Under the pieces are notes generated by a model. That model had not been told where the DNA came from, searched no databases, and worked only from the letters and a program-made list of their open reading frames with translations. A program made the translations under genes and the position numbers. This document shows, in pieces, positions 59,832-64,000 of a DNA stretch of 64,000 nucleotides. The DNA is from Smithellaceae bacterium (GTDB lineage: Bacteria; Desulfobacterota; Syntrophia; Syntrophales; Smithellaceae), in NCBI GenBank assembly GCA_963667845.2, contig CAXXVL010000002.1:1504001-1568000 (forward strand), in the 5' to 3' direction. How positions within the stretch are numbered: the first letter of the stretch is position 1; every line of letters starts with the position of its first letter.

Positions 59832-60036
59832 CAGGAGACCCCCCCCTTATGCTTCGAGTGAATTTGCTTATAGGGAAGATCATTACAAAATGTCAATAAA
59901 ATTCGTTATTCATCTTTCTCGATGAATCGCTATGTAGTGTGTTTAATTAAACATATTGACATTTTTATGACTTTCGGTCAATGATATGCCACGTCTGACA
60001 TAGACCAAAATTGACATAATTACCGGGAGGCTTTTT

Positions 60037-63000
60037 ATGCAAATTACAAGAAGAGGTTTTCTTACCATGACCGGTGCCGTCGGAGGCGGGGTTGCCCTGT
60101 CGAGTCTGGGGCTTAACCTGACGCCGACCCGGGCATACGCGGACGAGCTTAGCAAGATGGACCGGATTAAAATTGCTAAGCAGGTAACGACGATCTGTTG
60201 TTATTGTTCCGTTGGTTGCGGTCTGGTCTGTAGCGTGGATAAGGCTACAGGAAAAATTTTCAACATCGAAGGCGATGCCGATCACCCCATCAATGAAGGG
60301 TCACTTTGCGCCAAGGGCGCGGGTTTCTTCGATCTGACCGAGGCTAATAAACATCGTCTCACCAAGGTGCTTTATCGCAAGCCTTACGGGACCGAGTGGG
60401 AAGAAAAAGACTGGGACTTTGCGCTTTCCCGGATTGCCCGACTGGTCAAGGACACTCGTGACAAGGGTTTTGTCAAAAGAAATGACAAGGGTGAACTGGT
60501 TAACCGTTGCGAGACGATCGGTCACTATGGCAGTTCCAATGTGGACAACGAAGAGTGCTGGCTCATGAGCGTTAAGTCCAGAGCGCTGGGGCTGGTTTAT
60601 ATAGACCATCAGGCCCGGGTCTGACACAGTCCATCTGTAGCGGCTCTGGGAGAGTCGTTCGGACGCGGTTCCATGACGAACCACTATTGTGATTTAAAGA
60701 ATGCCGATGTCATTCTCATTATGGGCAGCAATGCTGCCGAGCATCACCCCATCGCCTTTAAATGGATACTGAGAGCCAAAGAAAAAGGCGCAACGATTAT
60801 TCACGTTGACCCCCGTTACACCAGAACATCCGCCCGCTGCGATTTTCATGTTCCGCTGCGTTCCGGAACGGACATCGCTTTCCTGGGAGGGATGATTTCT
60901 TACATCATCGAGAACAAGAAATATTTCAAAGACTATGTTCTCAACTACACTAACGCCTCCTTTATTGTAGGAGATGACTATTATTTTAAAGATGGTCTCT
61001 TCTCCGGCTATGATGCCAAGAAAAGGAAATACGATAAGGCAACCTGGGTGCTGGAAAAAGACGGCAAGGGAATTCCCAAACGGGATATGTCTCTGCAAAG
61101 TTCCCGTACCGTTTTTCAAATGATGAGAAAACATTATTCCCGCTATACGCTGGATAAGGTTTCCAGCATTACCGGTGTGTCGAAAGAAAACCTCCTCAAG
61201 GTTTGTGAAGCATACAGTGCCACCGGCGTTCCGGATAAGGCGGGAACGGAATGTTACGCCCTGGGCTGGACGCATCATACAACCGGCAGCCAGAATATCC
61301 GCACCATGTCAATTATTCAGTTGCTGCTGGGCAACATGGGGATCGCGGGCGGCGGCATTAACGCGTTGCGCGGCGAACCCAACGTTCAGGGTTCGACGGA
61401 CCATTGCATTTTATACGGAAATCTGCCCGGCTATCTGAAGATGCTTTCGGCTTCTTATGACACGCTGGAGCATTATCTGAAAAAATATACACCGGAATCT
61501 AAGGATCCCCAGTCGGCAAACTACTATCAGAATTATCCGAAGTTTTTTGTCAGCTTCCTGAAATCCCTCTGGGAGGACAAGGCTACAAAAGAGAATGAAT
61601 TCGGCTATTCCTGGCTGCCCAAGATGGAAGACGGGAAACACTATTCCACAATGCATATGTTCGATGCGATGTATGCGGGCAAGGTGAAGGGATTCTTCGC
61701 CATTGGTGCGGATCCGGCCGTCAGTACTCCGAATTCCAACAAAGTCCGCAAAGCGCTCCAAAATCTGGACTGGCTGGTGGGCGAAAATATTTTCAACAAT
61801 GAAACCTACGAATTCTGGAGAGGCCCCGGCGTTGATCCCACAAAAAACAAGACGGAATGTTTCCTCCTGCCTGCCGCCGCGACCATGGAGAAGGAAGGCT
61901 CGCAGAGCAACTCCGGCCGCTGGGTGCAGTGGAAATACAAGGCTGCCGAGGCGCCCGGTGACGCCCTCCCAGTGGGTGAAATTGAAATCAAGATCGTGGC
62001 GGCAGTTAAGAAACTGTACGAAAAAGAAGGCGGCCCCAATGCCGAAGCTATTGTCAATCTCAAGTGGGATTATCTGGACAGCAAAGGGCACTTTGACGTG
62101 ATAAAAGTGGCCAAACGGATTAACGGCGTCTTCCTGGAAGACACGGTGATCGAAGACAAGGCCAAGAAAACGAAGACCGAATTCAAGAAAGGCCAGCTGG
62201 TGCCGGGTTTTGGCAATCTGCAGGCCGACGGCAAGACGGCGTGCGGCAACTGGTGTATCTCCGGAAGCTACACTGCGGATGGTCTAAACAAGATGGCGTC
62301 AAGAGGCAAGGAAGATCCAACAGGTCTTGGTCTCTTCCCCAACTGGGCTTATGCCTGGCCAGTTAACCGCCGCATCCTCTATAATCGCGCTTCCTGCGAT
62401 GTAAACGGCAAGCCTTATAATCCCAAGCGCAAACTCCTGGAGTGGGCGGGAGATAAATGGGTGGGCGACGTACCGGACGGACCCTGGCCGCCGCAAGCAG
62501 ACAAAGAGAAAGGAAAATATCCTTTCATTATGAAGACCGACGGCGTCGGCGCTTTGTTTGGTCCCGGCATGGTCGAAGGTCCTTTCCCCGAGCATTACGA
62601 ACCGCTGGAAGGACCGCTTAGCAAGAATCCTCTGTCGGGACAGCTGATGAATCCGGCTACTGAAATCTTCAAAAGCGATATGGATAAAGTGGCCAATGCC
62701 AGTGAAAAATTCCCGTATGTTTGCACAACCTATTCGTGCACGGAACACTGGTGTACCGGTGCTTTGACCCGTTGGCAGGCGTGGCTCCTGGAAATGCAAC
62801 CGGAACTCTACGTGGAAATCGGCGACAAGCTGGCCAGGGAAAAAGGCATTAAGAACGGCGAGCGCATCAAGGTTTCCTCCATACGCGGCGAGGCTCCCTG
62901 CATCGCTATGGTGACAAAGCGATTCAAACCGTTTACGGTGGAAGGAAAAACGGTTCATCAAGTCGGCATGCCCTTCAATTACGGCTGGCTCTTCCCCAAG

Positions 63001-63105
63001 GACAGCGGCAGTGACAGCACGAATATGTTAACCCCAACCGTTGGCGACGCGAACACCTTCTGCCCCGAGTACAAGGCGTTCATGGTCAACGTAGAAAAGT
63101 TGTAG
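60037..63105 (+). CDS. fdnG: Formate dehydrogenase-N alpha subunit, selenocysteine-containing, Tat-exported (1022 aa)
   Basis: Tat motif TRRGFL, CCYCSVGC [4Fe-4S], HQARV-TGA(60622-60624)-HS in frame joins ORFs 60037 and 60673; ALRGEPNVQG. Confidence 0.95.
60639..60659 (+). promoter_or_regulatory. Bacterial SECIS of fdnG
   Basis: AGCGGCTCT-GGG-AGAGTCGTT hairpin 14 nt after the UGA. Confidence 0.85.
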
Positions 63106-63118
63106 GAGGGAGGCGACC

Positions 63119-63925
63119 ATGAATAAACAACCTGAACTCGTAAAGTTGATTGATACCACCCTGTGCACCGCCTGCCGCGGTTGCCAGGTGGCCTGCAAGC
63201 AGTGGAATGAACTGCCCGGCTTCAGAACAAAACAGCTGGGCACCTATCAGAATCCGCCCGATTTGCAGTGGAATACCTGGACGCTGATCCGCTTCCAGGA
63301 ATATGAGGATAAAGATAAAAACTTCACGTGGATCTTCCGCAAGGACGGCTGTATGCACTGCACGGATGCCGCCTGTGTGAAAGTCTGCCCCAGCGGCTCT
63401 CTTTATTACACAGAGATGAAATCCGTCGGGATTCGTCACGAGAAATGCATCGGCTGCAAGGAATGTGTGGCGGCCTGTCCGTTCCATATTCCCAAGTATG
63501 ATGCCAAGACCGACAAGGTTTACAAATGCGATCTGTGTTACAACCGCATCAAGGAAAGCCATGCACCGGCTTGCGTAAAGTCCTGTCCGACCGGCGCTTT
63601 GACCATCGGCGATAAAGACACGATGATCAAGAAGGCCTATGCCCGGGTTAAAAAACTCGGCGGCGATGCCAACGTTTACGGCGATAAGTTTGTAGATGGT
63701 ACCCACGTGATCTATGTTCTGCAGTTCAAACCGGAGGTTTACGACGAATTGCCGCTGAATCCCAAAGTACCTCTATCCGTGATTGTCTGGAAAGACCTCT
63801 TAAAGCCATTGAGTTTACTGGCCGCGGGCGGTGTTTTGGGTGGAGCATTCCTCCATTACATGATTCACGGGCCGAAGACGCCCCATGAAGGAACGGGCCC
63901 GGAAGAAAAGAAGGGAGGAGAATAA
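63119..63925 (+). CDS. fdnH: Formate dehydrogenase Fe-S beta subunit with C-terminal TM anchor
   Basis: CTACRGCQVACK, CMHC...CP, CIGCKECVAACP, CDLC...CP; hydrophobic C-terminus. Confidence 0.93.
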   Translation: MNKQPELVKLIDTTLCTACRGCQVACKQWNELPGFRTKQLGTYQNPPDLQWNTWTLIRFQEYEDKDKNFTWIFRKDGCMHCTDAACVKVCPSGSLYYTEMKSVGIRHEKCIGCKECVAACPFHIPKYDAKTDKVYKCDLCYNRIKESHAPACVKSCPTGALTIGDKDTMIKKAYARVKKLGGDANVYGDKFVDGTHVIYVLQFKPEVYDELPLNPKVPLSVIVWKDLLKPLSLLAAGGVLGGAFLHYMIHGPKTPHEGTGPEEKKGGE

Positions 63926-63927
63926 CC

Positions 63928-64000
63928 ATGCAAAAAGGATACGTACAAGTAACAGACAGTTATGAAAGAATATTGCACTGGATGCTGGCGATTTCCTGCC
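63928..64000 (+). CDS. fdnI: Formate dehydrogenase cytochrome b gamma subunit, 5' part only
   Basis: GGAGG RBS, MQKGYVQVTDSYERILHWMLAISC (ERxxHW heme motif); position after fdnH. Confidence 0.85.
   Translation, partial: MQKGYVQVTDSYERILHWMLAISC

Noticed and set aside
5140..62961. Many long antisense or alternate-frame ORFs (e.g. 5140-5895, 20274-21206, 29485-30354, 32304-33068)
   Set aside because: Shadows of well-supported genes with no recognisable motifs.
60037..63105. fdnG as two genes or a pseudogene
   Set aside because: A single in-frame TGA at the catalytic position with a SECIS indicates selenocysteine.
1..64000. CRISPR array, rRNA, prophage structural genes, defence systems
   Set aside because: No regularly spaced repeats or matching genes were seen.

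Overview
A gene-dense bacterial chromosome segment. Its gene content (Sec-containing Fdn, several acyl-CoA dehydrogenases, sigma54 regulator, split B12 mutase, HesB selenoprotein) suggests an anaerobic, probably syntrophic deltaproteobacterium (Syntrophales-like; taxonomy is inferred, not shown). From left to right: a hypothetical gene cut by the window edge; rho-rpmE-prfA; a DEAD-box helicase and patatin; a 9-PAS histidine kinase with response regulator; an NtrBC-like pair; a deoxyhypusine-synthase homologue; an XRE-regulated acyl-CoA degradation cluster; a decayed island downstream of tRNA-Ala(CGC) (integrase fragment, binding protein plus kinase, doubly frameshifted IS3); pilT-pilU; a TPR gene; a HesB selenoprotein missed by the ORF track; transglutaminase, Mesh1-like hydrolase and MPG; a nine-gene type II fatty acid/lipid cluster with an acyl-CoA dehydrogenase but no enoyl reductase; a DGC-CheY-CheC module; terC; an isobutyryl-CoA-mutase-type operon; csp; a Cache protein plus MCP; MoxR-VWA-TlpA-Prx; TetR; ModE-like; and fdnGHI with Sec. 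The best candidates for undescribed biology are the FAS cluster with an embedded ACAD and atypical ACP, the F/Q-type mutase, a shared ATGAC-N5-GTCAT operator motif, and the split sensor modules. No CRISPR array or rRNA was seen. All functional calls come from motif recognition by eye, without database searches.
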